A stretch of 25,435 nucleotides of DNA from the IMG/VR virus record IMGVR_UViG_3300020043_002809, positions 1 through 25,435 of that record; one strand, 5' to 3'. The stretch is from a virus (Duplodnaviria > Caudoviricetes). Below the pieces are notes generated by a model. It saw only the letters and a program-made list of their open reading frames with translations, was not told the DNA's origin and searched no databases. The number at the start of each line of letters is the position of its first letter. Within the stretch, counting starts at the first letter, position 1. The translations under genes were made by a program, and so were the position numbers. Positions 15,025 to 23,495 of the stretch are shown in pieces.

Positions 15025-16859
15025 TAACCTCTAGAATAATCGTTGTTATGTCTGTTTAAAACTATCGCCAAATCGCGGCCGCTGATATGCGTGCTTGCAA
15101 TAAATCCGCCATCGCCTCCGCTCGGTGTTATTAGATCGCGTAATTTATCCAACGGCGCAATAACTTCCGGGTTACTTCTAGCCCCTGGATATTCTCCCAT
15201 AAGTCCGAGCGTTGGTCCGTAAACGATACCACCATCGGCAAATTTCTCAAACTCAGGTCCTTTCTTCAATTGTGCTGTAATTATCGCGGAACCTGCAACC
15301 AACGCAACACCTGCCGCAGCGGCTGCCATAGGGTTTGCCAGAATTAATTTTTGGAATGCATCCGAAGCAATTGCCGTGGTAATTAATGCCGAACCAAAAG
15401 CCTTCATAAATTGAGCAATCGAAGCTAGTGCGGCCTTACCAAATTTTTGAAATGCCTCTTCCTCTCCTGCTATCATTTCGCCAATTGCCTCACCTAAGGA
15501 AGTTAATGTATCTTCTATTAAACTTTCAAAGGCGCTGTCAATTGCGTTGCGCATGTTTTCTAAATCCTTAATGAAGGAGCTATATTCAGTTTGCGTTTGA
15601 ATTTTTATTTCAATCGGTTTCTTTGATACTTCTTTTTCGACTTGCTGCAAACTATTTGTAATTTGCAAACCCATGCTTTTGACCGTTTCGGGTTTCATAG
15701 GGGTAGTGCTTGCCGCTTGGCCGAATCCGTTTATTATAGCGCTATAGGCTTTACTTCCAAATTGTTGGTAAACCTTATGCGCAAACTCTACAGTTTCTTG
15801 AATTTTTGCCTTTTCTTTTTCCGCTGCTTCCGCTAGTGCCGCCGCTCTTTTCTTATGCGCGTCTACAATATTCTCAGTAATTAATTCCTCTTTACGCTTA
15901 GATAAATTAATAATATTGCTATTAAGTTCTATCCATCTATCAGAGTATTTTTTCTCCTCTCCAAGTTGCTTAGTCCGTGATGCGATCGTGTCCTCTATGG
16001 CTTTTATCTCAGCATCACGCAGGGCTTTATCAGTTAGGCCTTTTCTCTTTGCGTTGGTTACCGCCTTGGCTATTATTTCATCATCAAATGCCCGTATTGC
16101 GTCGCCAGTTTCCTTGGCTTTCTTTTTCTGTAATTCGTAAAATTCGTCTGTGTATTTTGAAGCGTACTGGGTTTCCTTGCTTATCTTATTAAATATATAT
16201 GCAATAGCCGCAATACCTGCAATGACTGCACCAGCGGCGGTAGCTACCAATGCAGCATTATAAGCACGGGCGGCAAGTGTGGCCTGCCCCATTACAAACG
16301 TTTCAACTTTTTGAGCGGCTGTTTTTACCCCCACTACTAGCGCGCTCTCGGCCTGCAATGCGTTCTGTATTGTTTGCAGCGAATTAAGCACAAGCATAAC
16401 GCCTTGTAACTTAACCATTGTTTTTTGAAGGTCTTCGTTTTCAATCCCAAGTGCAGCCATTGAACCCTCTACAACCCCAAAGCCTGCCGCTAGTGCCTGC
16501 GCTCCACCTAATGCAGCATCAAGCCTACGGGTATCGCTGGCAAAATATCCAATCTCCGCGCGCGTGTCGCCGATTTCATCCTGCATTTTACCAGCGGCCT
16601 TTACAAACTTATCCGCCATTGCAGCAAACTCAGGCCCCATCGCACGGGCTTCAATTGCCATGGTTTGTAACTGCCTAACTACGCGAGCCGTCGGCTTACT
16701 GCTAGCTAATGCAGTTAAACGGTCTTGTATTTCTTTTGCAGCTTTAGCAACGTCGGCGCTCATTTCTTTGCCGCCTTCGTTTATCAGTTTAATGGCTTTG
16801 CCCCAGCCTTTTTCTAATTCGGTAATATCCGCTCCAATAGATACGTTTAGCCTGCTCAT
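15024..16859 (-). CDS. Tail tape measure protein
   Basis: Ala-rich helical protein with hydrophobic segments; C-terminal FADGGIV.GPT..LMGEY....PEVIAPL motif. Confidence 0.9.
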   Translation of the reverse strand: MSRLNVSIGADITELEKGWGKAIKLINEGGKEMSADVAKAAKEIQDRLTALASSKPTARVVRQLQTMAIEARAMGPEFAAMADKFVKAAGKMQDEIGDTRAEIGYFASDTRRLDAALGGAQALAAGFGVVEGSMAALGIENEDLQKTMVKLQGVMLVLNSLQTIQNALQAESALVVGVKTAAQKVETFVMGQATLAARAYNAALVATAAGAVIAGIAAIAYIFNKISKETQYASKYTDEFYELQKKKAKETGDAIRAFDDEIIAKAVTNAKRKGLTDKALRDAEIKAIEDTIASRTKQLGEEKKYSDRWIELNSNIINLSKRKEELITENIVDAHKKRAAALAEAAEKEKAKIQETVEFAHKVYQQFGSKAYSAIINGFGQAASTTPMKPETVKSMGLQITNSLQQVEKEVSKKPIEIKIQTQTEYSSFIKDLENMRNAIDSAFESLIEDTLTSLGEAIGEMIAGEEEAFQKFGKAALASIAQFMKAFGSALITTAIASDAFQKLILANPMAAAAAGVALVAGSAIITAQLKKGPEFEKFADGGIVYGPTLGLMGEYPGARSNPEVIAPLDKLRDLITPSGGDGGFIASTHISGRDLAIVLNRHNNDYSRG

Positions 16860-17260
16860 CGTGTGTAATTAATTAAATAGTCCTGCGATATCTGATAAAC
16901 CCCTGCAAAATCCGCTTCGTCGTCCGTCAATTCCTGCTGCCCGTCAAACTCAATGGTTTGCGTTTTAACCGTATTAAATGTGCCTGGTAGTGTCACAGCT
17001 TCAAACGCTGCACGTACTGCGGTTGCAACTTCGCTACACTTCTGATATGTAGGCGCAAATATGCTCACCTGCACGCGCGCAAAATCTGTGCGGCTGTGGC
17101 CTGACTTGGTAGGCGTTGGAATTATGCTTACTAAATTGTAAGCTATCGCAGGAAACGCGCTGCCCTGTGGTATGCGTAGCGGATTAATCCGCGTGCTTAC
17201 CAGCGTGGTTAGTGCTGCGTTATTTGCTAAAATATTATAGGCTACTTTTACGGCGCTCAT
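16856..17260 (-). CDS. Tail terminator/completion protein (DUF3168-like)
   Basis: ALTTLVSTRINP..PQG..FPAIAY...RVQVSIFA...VRAAF. Confidence 0.75.
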   Translation of the reverse strand: MSAVKVAYNILANNAALTTLVSTRINPLRIPQGSAFPAIAYNLVSIIPTPTKSGHSRTDFARVQVSIFAPTYQKCSEVATAVRAAFEAVTLPGTFNTVKTQTIEFDGQQELTDDEADFAGVYQISQDYLINYTR

Positions 17261-17598
17261 GCTGTTGGTATTGGTGTTAACTTCTCAAAGATACTCCGAT
17301 ATTTTTCAACCTCTTCGATTATTGTTAACTCCTTACGCTCCCAATCGAATGTAATTAATTTTTTCGGATCAATTGGCCGCTTACTATGTGGAGATAATAA
17401 TACCGAAGTTTGCCATCTGCAGCGCTCCCAATCGTTGCGGTATTGCTGCATTTGTGCTTCGCGCATCCCGTGCAATCGGATTCGGAAATATCTCGGCGTG
17501 CATCGTTTAAAATCGTTTTCATTCATGCACATCTCGCCAAACGCTATGCGCTCAATTATTAACCAAGTTAGCGGCGCGCCTTCGCCCTTGGCTTTTAC
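17257..17598 (-). CDS. C-terminal (-1 frame) part of the tail assembly chaperone fusion (gpT-like)
   Basis: Frame is open from the slippery site (VKAKGEGAPLTWLIIERIAFGEMCMNEND...) into track ORF 17257-17532. Confidence 0.8.
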   Translation of the reverse strand, partial: VKAKGEGAPLTWLIIERIAFGEMCMNENDFKRCTPRYFRIRLHGMREAQMQQYRNDWERCRWQTSVLLSPHSKRPIDPKKLITFDWERKELTIIEEVEKYRSIFEKLTPIPTA

Positions 17599-17918
17599 TT
17601 TCCCCCTGCTTCGTCCGATTTAAAAAACTCGCTGGCGCCTTCACTAAATCCTGTAATCGCTGGAAGCAAGTCGGTAAATCGCTGCACCTGTCTGCCTATA
17701 TCGGCCAATAACAAAAACGGCTTAGGCTGTCCGTTGCACTCAGCCGCCTCGTTAATACCATGGTAAGCACATAACAATCCAAAATCTAGCTGCTTTAATA
17801 AGTCGCCACTTGTCTGCAATTCCGCAAACGTTTCCATTCCAGCGTCAAACATGATAGCCTTCAAGCTATTCATGTTGAAGGTCATCGGGTAGATCTTATC
17901 TTTTAGTTTAATTTCCAT
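17595..17918 (-). CDS. Tail assembly chaperone (gpG-like)
   Basis: Follows the major tail gene and ends GGK* at the slippery site. Start reassigned to ATG 17918. Confidence 0.8.
   Translation of the reverse strand: MEIKLKDKIYPMTFNMNSLKAIMFDAGMETFAELQTSGDLLKQLDFGLLCAYHGINEAAECNGQPKPFLLLADIGRQVQRFTDLLPAITGFSEGASEFFKSDEAGGK
17598..17604 (-). other. -1 programmed ribosomal frameshift heptamer G GGA AAG
   Basis: Same heptamer as the lambda G-T site, in frame directly before the stop codon. Confidence 0.85.
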
Positions 17919-17922
17919 GTTG

Positions 17923-17930
17923 CAAATATA
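17923..17930 (-). promoter_or_regulatory. -7 promoter box TATATTTG, 4 nt before the chaperone ATG
   Basis: TATATTTGCAACATG, identical to 281-295. Confidence 0.65.
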
Positions 17931-17934
17931 ACAC

Positions 17935-17957
17935 AAAAGCCCGCTTTTTAGGCGGGC
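17935..17957 (-). terminator. Intrinsic terminator after the major tail gene
   Basis: GCCCGC-CTAAAAA-GCGGGC-TTTTG. Confidence 0.75.
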
Positions 17958-17985
17958 AAATGCTCATTATGAAAACCAACCAAAA

Positions 17986-18420
17986 TTAGATTGTGCCTAC
18001 TGTCAACGCACCAGTACCTTGGATGGTAGCTGTAAACGTTGCTTTGTCGTTGTTAGGTGCGGTTAAATTTAAGTTGCTAAAGAAAGCCGCTCCGCTCAAT
18101 TTAATGTCGCCGCTTACGTTTGAAGTCATTACAATAGTAACGGAAGTACCTGCAGTTAGGTCGGTGATCACGTCTTTCCAAGACAATGCACCGGCACCTA
18201 CTGAGCCGTCCTCTTCAAAAATACCTTCCACGCTCATAGTGTAGCCTTTTTCTCCAACGATAAACTCCTTCCAGCCTGCGGAATCTTTGTTGGTGACGTC
18301 TATCATATCCGAAGTAATATCGAAGCTGTTAGAAGTGGCGTTTGCGATTTTAGTGAGTGTGCCGCTAATATCTTTATATATTGCGATTAACGTGCCGTTT
18401 ACTGGTCCTGTAGTTGCCAT
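17986..18420 (-). CDS. Major tail tube protein (TP901-1 family-like)
   Basis: IDVTNKDSAGWKEFIVG.K...SVEGIF...ATFTATIQGTGALT. Confidence 0.88.
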   Translation of the reverse strand: MATTGPVNGTLIAIYKDISGTLTKIANATSNSFDITSDMIDVTNKDSAGWKEFIVGEKGYTMSVEGIFEEDGSVGAGALSWKDVITDLTAGTSVTIVMTSNVSGDIKLSGAAFFSNLNLTAPNNDKATFTATIQGTGALTVGTI

Positions 18421-18422
18421 GA

Positions 18423-18851
18423 TTATTTTAAATTATATTTTTGCGCTAATTTAGTTACTTTTTCCGTTATTCCTTTTTTCAACCCGTTAACAATCGCCTG
18501 CCGGTTTTTATCTAGCGCAGGCCGCATGAATGGCTTAGGCGTCAATTCCCCAGTATATCTGCCCGAAGTTTTTTGTATTCGCGGCTCGGTGCCGTACTCA
18601 AACATCACGCCAAGGTAGTGGTTATAGTAGTTTTTACGCAGGCCAATCAATACCGTGTTTTTAAACTTCGTATCCTTGGAAGTTATAAACCCAATCGAGT
18701 CGCGCATGTCGCCGCTTTCCAAAGGGGCCAATGCCTTGGCGTCATCAATAACGCGCTGGCCTTCTTTTTTTAACGTGTCCTGAAATTGAAACTCAGCGCC
18801 TGCCTTGCGCAGGTCGTCAATCAATTTTGCCAAGCCCTTAACCTCATTCAC
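18423..18851 (-). CDS. HK97 gp10-like neck/tail completion protein
   Basis: AKALAP..SGDMRDSI...FEYGT...PKPFMRPALD. Confidence 0.88.
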   Translation of the reverse strand: MNEVKGLAKLIDDLRKAGAEFQFQDTLKKEGQRVIDDAKALAPLESGDMRDSIGFITSKDTKFKNTVLIGLRKNYYNHYLGVMFEYGTEPRIQKTSGRYTGELTPKPFMRPALDKNRQAIVNGLKKGITEKVTKLAQKYNLK

Positions 18852-19164
18852 TTAATTCGGTTTGTATTTTTAAATACATGCGGCGCTGTAATTCCTGCAA
18901 ATTTAAGATATTGAAATAACGGTTATTCCAGCTCACGCGGTGCTTTACATCAATGTCCGCATCATAACGAACAGTAAAATCAACAATTTGTTTGTGTTCG
19001 CGCTTATCGCCGTTTACCTGTTCAATCCCCACAGGGGCCTCGGTTACTTTAGCCCATGCAGTTCCGTAGGTTGTCCACGTCTGTAGTTTTTCTCCTGTGT
19101 TGCTGTCCGTTGTAGTTGTGTAACTCTGCAACGTAATAAGTTCGTCAAAAGCGCCTGCATTCAT
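18844..19164 (-). CDS. Head closure/stopper protein (SPP1 gp16-like)
   Basis: MNAG.FDELITLQ...W......WAKV...FTVRY...HRVSWNNRYFNI. Confidence 0.85.
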   Translation of the reverse strand: MNAGAFDELITLQSYTTTTDSNTGEKLQTWTTYGTAWAKVTEAPVGIEQVNGDKREHKQIVDFTVRYDADIDVKHRVSWNNRYFNILNLQELQRRMYLKIQTELSE

Positions 19165-19814
19165 ATGAACTGAATTGCTCTATAGGGTTGTAGTAAAAAT
19201 TCAATACCGTACTCCATAGCCGAATTTTGGCTAGTGTTAGCGGTTGCTTGCCTGTTATCGTACATCTGCCCCACTAATAGCAACGCGGCAAACTTAATCG
19301 CTTGCGGAAACAATAAACCCGCATCTACCTGCGTGGCCGTGGCAAGTTCAAAGCCCTCGGTAACCGTTACCAGGTATTTCGTTACGTCATCGGTTGTGCT
19401 GCTTGGTGCGCTTGTTATAAATATGGTGCGGCCGTAAGTACCCAACGGCTGAGGCGATACAATATAATCCGTAAACGTCTGCGCTGTGTTGTTGTCATCC
19501 ACATATTGAACAGAATCTAAACTAATTACACGGGAAGGAATACGCAATAAATTACCTACTGGCTGCTCGGTGCCGTTAACTGGATTCATAATAGCAGGCT
19601 GCCCCACCAATGAATCGAAGCCATATTGCACGCTTGCCTTTCGAACGCTGTAGCCTAAATGCTGGCCGCACATATCCAAGGCCATCGAAATAAGATTGCT
19701 GATATATGTATCGTCCGCCGTGGAAGTCACGCGCAAATGCTGCTTAGCTTCCGTTAGTGAAACGTAATCCGTGGCCGCTTGGCTATAGCTTATTATGCGT
19801 TTTCCTGTTATCAT
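19161..19814 (-). CDS. Head-tail connector (HK97 gp6-like, extended)
   Basis: VSLTEAKQHLRV..DDTYISNLI...IKFAALLLVGQMYDNR...LLQPYR. Confidence 0.88.
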   Translation of the reverse strand: MITGKRIISYSQAATDYVSLTEAKQHLRVTSTADDTYISNLISMALDMCGQHLGYSVRKASVQYGFDSLVGQPAIMNPVNGTEQPVGNLLRIPSRVISLDSVQYVDDNNTAQTFTDYIVSPQPLGTYGRTIFITSAPSSTTDDVTKYLVTVTEGFELATATQVDAGLLFPQAIKFAALLLVGQMYDNRQATANTSQNSAMEYGIEFLLQPYRAIQFI

Positions 19815-19996
19815 CAGTCGCCCTCTTCGGGGTTAATGGGTTTTACTTTTTTTGGTTTGGCCTCTTCTATTACCGCCTCGGCATCGCCTACCTCGATTAA
19901 TAACTCGGCCTGTTTCTGTTCTAATTCCACAACCTCCCCGGCATTGTAGGACAAATTCCATTTGCCTGTCGGGTTAATCAAAAATTTAACTTTCAT
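19814..19996 (-). CDS. Small hypothetical protein after the capsid gene
   Basis: 60 aa from MKVKFL; YNAGEVVEL...AELLIEVGDA pattern typical of post-capsid genes. Confidence 0.65.
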   Translation of the reverse strand: MKVKFLINPTGKWNLSYNAGEVVELEQKQAELLIEVGDAEAVIEEAKPKKVKPINPEEGD

Positions 19997-20003
19997 AATT
20001 AGC

Positions 20004-20063
20004 GGACGTAGGCGACAATTAAGCACCTACGCCCCACGCGGATAACGAGCCGCGCCTCGTTAT
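20004..20063 (-). other. Two tandem RNA hairpins after the capsid stop, without a U-tract
   Basis: ATAACGAG/CTCGTTAT (20063-20042) and GGGCGTAGGTG/CGCCTACGTCC (20034-20004). Confidence 0.6.
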
Positions 20064-20065
20064 AA

Positions 20066-21379
20066 TTAGGCTACAATGTCCTTACAAACTGCAAACGCAG
20101 CAGGCTGCAATAAGTTGCAATCCATGTAAGCATTTAATACCACGTTAGTCAATCCAGCAGTTGCACCACTATAAGGATCAACAGTCAACTCCATACCACC
20201 CCAAGAAGCTAAAGCCATCTTAGAGAAATCTCCAAAGATAGCAGCGCTCAAAGTGCTAGAAGTACCTTTGCTCAAGTTGCTAGGAACCAAGGTAGAAACA
20301 GCCACAGGGTAACCGTTCAACTCAGAACCGCCAGCAGGCCAAATGAAATTACCTTCAACGCCGCTTGATTGACGTGGAGTAGTTTGCAATTTAGCTTTAA
20401 CCAATGGGTTAGTCAAATAAGCAACTCCATCGCCGTTAGCGTTTTCAACTGCCTTCATCAAGTTAACAACGTCAGCCCAAACAGGTGCAGCACCGTTGGC
20501 GTTTGTTGAATTTGAAGTTGCACCACCAGCATAAACAACGTTCACGCTGCTGTTAGCAATAATACCAGTCGGTTCGTTAGAACCACCGCCCTTAATAGCA
20601 GCAGATTCCAAGCTCTGAGCCATTGCCTGCAATAACCAGTTACGAACATAAGCGTCGATGCTGTTGCTTGACTGCAACATCAACTGGTTAGAAACTTGGA
20701 TATAAGCAGCCAAACGCTTAGGGCTAAAAGTCACCTTAGAGAAAGCAGGGCTTTTTTCAGTAGCTGTTCCGTTTTCAGTATTCCATCCAGCAGAAGGCAA
20801 AGTGCTTGCAGTTGGAAGGTCTAAGTTACCAACCAAGTTGCTCAACTGTTGTACGCCCAACCCGCGCAAAACGGTCTTAGGAAGCAACACGTCGATAATT
20901 GAACCTACTGAAGTTTGAATATTTACTCCACCCTCAGAACCTGAAGTTCCACCGGTTGCAGTCATGTCACGCTTGAAAACCTCGGAAGGAATTTTAACGG
21001 AATGAGCAGAAACAGAAACACCGCTACGCTGGTATTCTTCAGCAGCAATTGAATTAAACTCACCTTCGATACCATCGCGACGGCCGCTAATAGCCATCTC
21101 CATAGCACGCTTGAAGCTATACTGCTCCTTCATTTTTGACTTTTCCTTTTCTTCGCTACGGCTCGCGCTGTTTCCAGCAGCCTGAGCGGCAAGGGTTTGC
21201 AATTTTTCCAACTTCTCAACCTCAGAAGCGATAGCCGATAAACGTGCTTCGATTTCAGATAATCTAGAAGTTTCTTTCTCAGACATGCTGCGAGCTTCGC
21301 GCTCGATAACATTCTGCAAGCCAGCTAACTCGTCTAACAAGCTGCCGCGCTCTTCTTTTAAAGCTTTGATATTTTTCAT
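20066..21379 (-). CDS. Major capsid protein, HK97 fold with N-terminal delta domain
   Basis: Coiled-coil N-terminus; VTFSPKRLAAYIQVSNQLM, NEPTGI, LNGYPV, FGDFS. Confidence 0.95.
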   Translation of the reverse strand: MKNIKALKEERGSLLDELAGLQNVIEREARSMSEKETSRLSEIEARLSAIASEVEKLEKLQTLAAQAAGNSASRSEEKEKSKMKEQYSFKRAMEMAISGRRDGIEGEFNSIAAEEYQRSGVSVSAHSVKIPSEVFKRDMTATGGTSGSEGGVNIQTSVGSIIDVLLPKTVLRGLGVQQLSNLVGNLDLPTASTLPSAGWNTENGTATEKSPAFSKVTFSPKRLAAYIQVSNQLMLQSSNSIDAYVRNWLLQAMAQSLESAAIKGGGSNEPTGIIANSSVNVVYAGGATSNSTNANGAAPVWADVVNLMKAVENANGDGVAYLTNPLVKAKLQTTPRQSSGVEGNFIWPAGGSELNGYPVAVSTLVPSNLSKGTSSTLSAAIFGDFSKMALASWGGMELTVDPYSGATAGLTNVVLNAYMDCNLLQPAAFAVCKDIVA

Positions 21380-21382
21380 TTT

Positions 21383-21991
21383 TTAGTAATTTTTATAACG
21401 GATTGCAATCAATTTAATAATGTCAGCGCTCGCTTTTGATTGCTCGGCGTCGCTTATCTCTCTTTCCTCGTCGCGCATCTTAATAATACTGCGCGCATCG
21501 GCTTCGGTGTCCTCATATGCTGGATATGTCACAGGGCTGACGTCGTATAAATCCTCGATAACGTTCACCACGCGCTTACCCATATTACCGTACTTTTCGG
21601 ATTCTGTCCAAACCTGCTCGCGGATTGTGAACGCAAAACTCGATTGCGTAATATCACCGCGCATAATTGAACGCACCACGCTGACGTGCGTAGGGTTTTC
21701 GTAATCAGGTACCCAAGTGTACTCCAAATTGCCCTGAGCGTTTACAAATACCTTGCAGGTGTTTGCCTTGGTGCGGCCTAATATTAATTCGCTCTCATGA
21801 TTGAATAAGCAGCGAATATCGTAATCTTTTTGCAGCGCGTAATCAAACGCCCCTGGTGCGATTACTTCCTCAAAATATCCTAGATCCGTTACGCTATTAA
21901 CAACCGCAGCAATGCCGCCCAATTCCTTGGGCATTGCATCGCCTTCGGCTCTATATTCAATCGTTCCGGTTATCGTTCTTTTTTCAATCAT
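21383..21991 (-). CDS. Prohead maturation protease (HK97 family)
   Basis: FEEVIAPGAF, LFNH...LGRT, SSFAF, DVSPVTYPAYEDT. Confidence 0.95.
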   Translation of the reverse strand: MIEKRTITGTIEYRAEGDAMPKELGGIAAVVNSVTDLGYFEEVIAPGAFDYALQKDYDIRCLFNHESELILGRTKANTCKVFVNAQGNLEYTWVPDYENPTHVSVVRSIMRGDITQSSFAFTIREQVWTESEKYGNMGKRVVNVIEDLYDVSPVTYPAYEDTEADARSIIKMRDEEREISDAEQSKASADIIKLIAIRYKNY

Positions 21992-23262
21992 TGTGAATTA
22001 TTATTATTCCCTTCAGGGTTATTATTATTTAATGCCTTGTTTGTTAAGTTAATTATCTTAGCCTCCATGTATTCGTCCATCCTGTCCGCTGGTATTAAGT
22101 TGGCTTCCACCATGTAACCAGCGCCATCGGTATAACCGTTCATATCTTCCCACATGCGCGCCTCGTTCGGCGACAACCAACCGCCGCGAATACCTTTGTT
22201 ATAGAAATCCGCGCGATCGTTGGCCGTAGCTCTCAACAGCGAATTAAAATTAAACTTGAAATACATCGTTGGCTTATCCTGTTCAGTCAAAAGCTTGCGT
22301 CCCATCTCTTGCTCGATATTAATCGCGTAAGCTAACAGCGTGCGTGCATAGAAATCCTGAAACTCTTGTTCAACAGACGACTTCACGCCGCCATCGTTGG
22401 CGCCAATCATAGAGGAAGGCACGCCAAACATTCGAGCAATTTCTTGCGCTGAGAATTTACGCTGTTCAATATATTGCGCTTCCTCAGGCGACAAACTCAA
22501 ACGCTCCATCTTTACGCCGTTCGGCAATACAGTGCTGCGCGCCTGTCCGTTAATTACGTCATCCAAACTATTTTTTAACGCGCTAGCCTGTTCGGGTTTT
22601 ATCATAGCGTCGCTAGTAAGCAAAAATTTCAATATCCCGTTTTTGTAAACGCTAGCGCTGGAGCCAATAGCGGCCAAATCAATACCCAAACTCTCGGCAT
22701 GCACTTGGATGGGATTTTTCCCCTTCAATGGGTTATCAGTACACAACCCTTTAAAGTGCAGCATATCCGTTGCCGGAATCATGCCAGGGAATCCCTTTGC
22801 GTTCACTTTATAAAACAGCTGCCCGTCTTCCATAATCGGCTCAACGAACTCGCTGCGTATTGGATGCAATTCTATTGCTATAAATCTAGCGTCGCGATTT
22901 ATAAACGCATAAGCGTTGCCCTTCAATACCAATTGCCCAACCATGTATTTGATAAAATCAAACTTGGTTTGATAGCTGTTAGGATCATTCAATAAAGCCG
23001 CCGCGTAGTTATTAGTTATCTGTATTTTCTCGCCGTTGCTGTCGTTGTAAATTTTCAAGCTTAGCCCGGCTATCCCGTCCGATATAACGCGAACGCAAGC
23101 GTGAACGCTGCTAATACTTAGCGCAGTTTGTTCGTTCACGGCCTGCCCTGATTTAGTTTGAATACCGAATATATTGCTTAGCGTATTAACTAACCAGTCA
23201 GGCGGCGCCGATAAACTGCTCCGCTTTTCTGTCCTAAATTTTGGCCATAGCCTTAATTGCAT
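21988..23262 (-). CDS. Portal protein (HK97 family)
   Basis: VHACVRVIS, LKGNAYA, MLHFK, EIARMFGVP, GWLSPNEAR. Confidence 0.95.
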   Translation of the reverse strand: MQLRLWPKFRTEKRSSLSAPPDWLVNTLSNIFGIQTKSGQAVNEQTALSISSVHACVRVISDGIAGLSLKIYNDSNGEKIQITNNYAAALLNDPNSYQTKFDFIKYMVGQLVLKGNAYAFINRDARFIAIELHPIRSEFVEPIMEDGQLFYKVNAKGFPGMIPATDMLHFKGLCTDNPLKGKNPIQVHAESLGIDLAAIGSSASVYKNGILKFLLTSDAMIKPEQASALKNSLDDVINGQARSTVLPNGVKMERLSLSPEEAQYIEQRKFSAQEIARMFGVPSSMIGANDGGVKSSVEQEFQDFYARTLLAYAINIEQEMGRKLLTEQDKPTMYFKFNFNSLLRATANDRADFYNKGIRGGWLSPNEARMWEDMNGYTDGAGYMVEANLIPADRMDEYMEAKIINLTNKALNNNNPEGNNNNSQ

Positions 23263-23267
23263 AGTTA

Positions 23268-23305
23268 CAAATTAAAATTAAATTATTTACTTATTGGTTA
23301 ACAAC
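23268..23305 (-). promoter_or_regulatory. Candidate late promoter: GTTGTTAAC-N21-TTAATTTG-TAACT-ATG
   Basis: -7 box with one mismatch; same architecture as 12537-12574. Confidence 0.45.
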
Positions 23306-23495
23306 GTTTGTTTATTTTCATCCAACGACACAGCACCACCCTAAACGTGGCATAGTTCGCGTATCGGTTGCGGCCAAACGTTTTCATGTATTGCCGCTCA
23401 ATTTCCTCAAAGGCTTTCTCATAAGTCGGCCAGTTCGGTAGCTCTGCATAGTAAGCTCTCACATATTCATCGATATATATCAATTCGGGCCTCAC
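23298..23495 (-). CDS. Small hypothetical protein between terL and portal
   Basis: Probable GTG start overlapping the terL stop (GTGA); helical with a basic C-terminus. Confidence 0.6.
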   Translation of the reverse strand: MRPELIYIDEYVRAYYAELPNWPTYEKAFEEIERQYMKTFGRNRYANYATFRVVLCRWMKINKRC

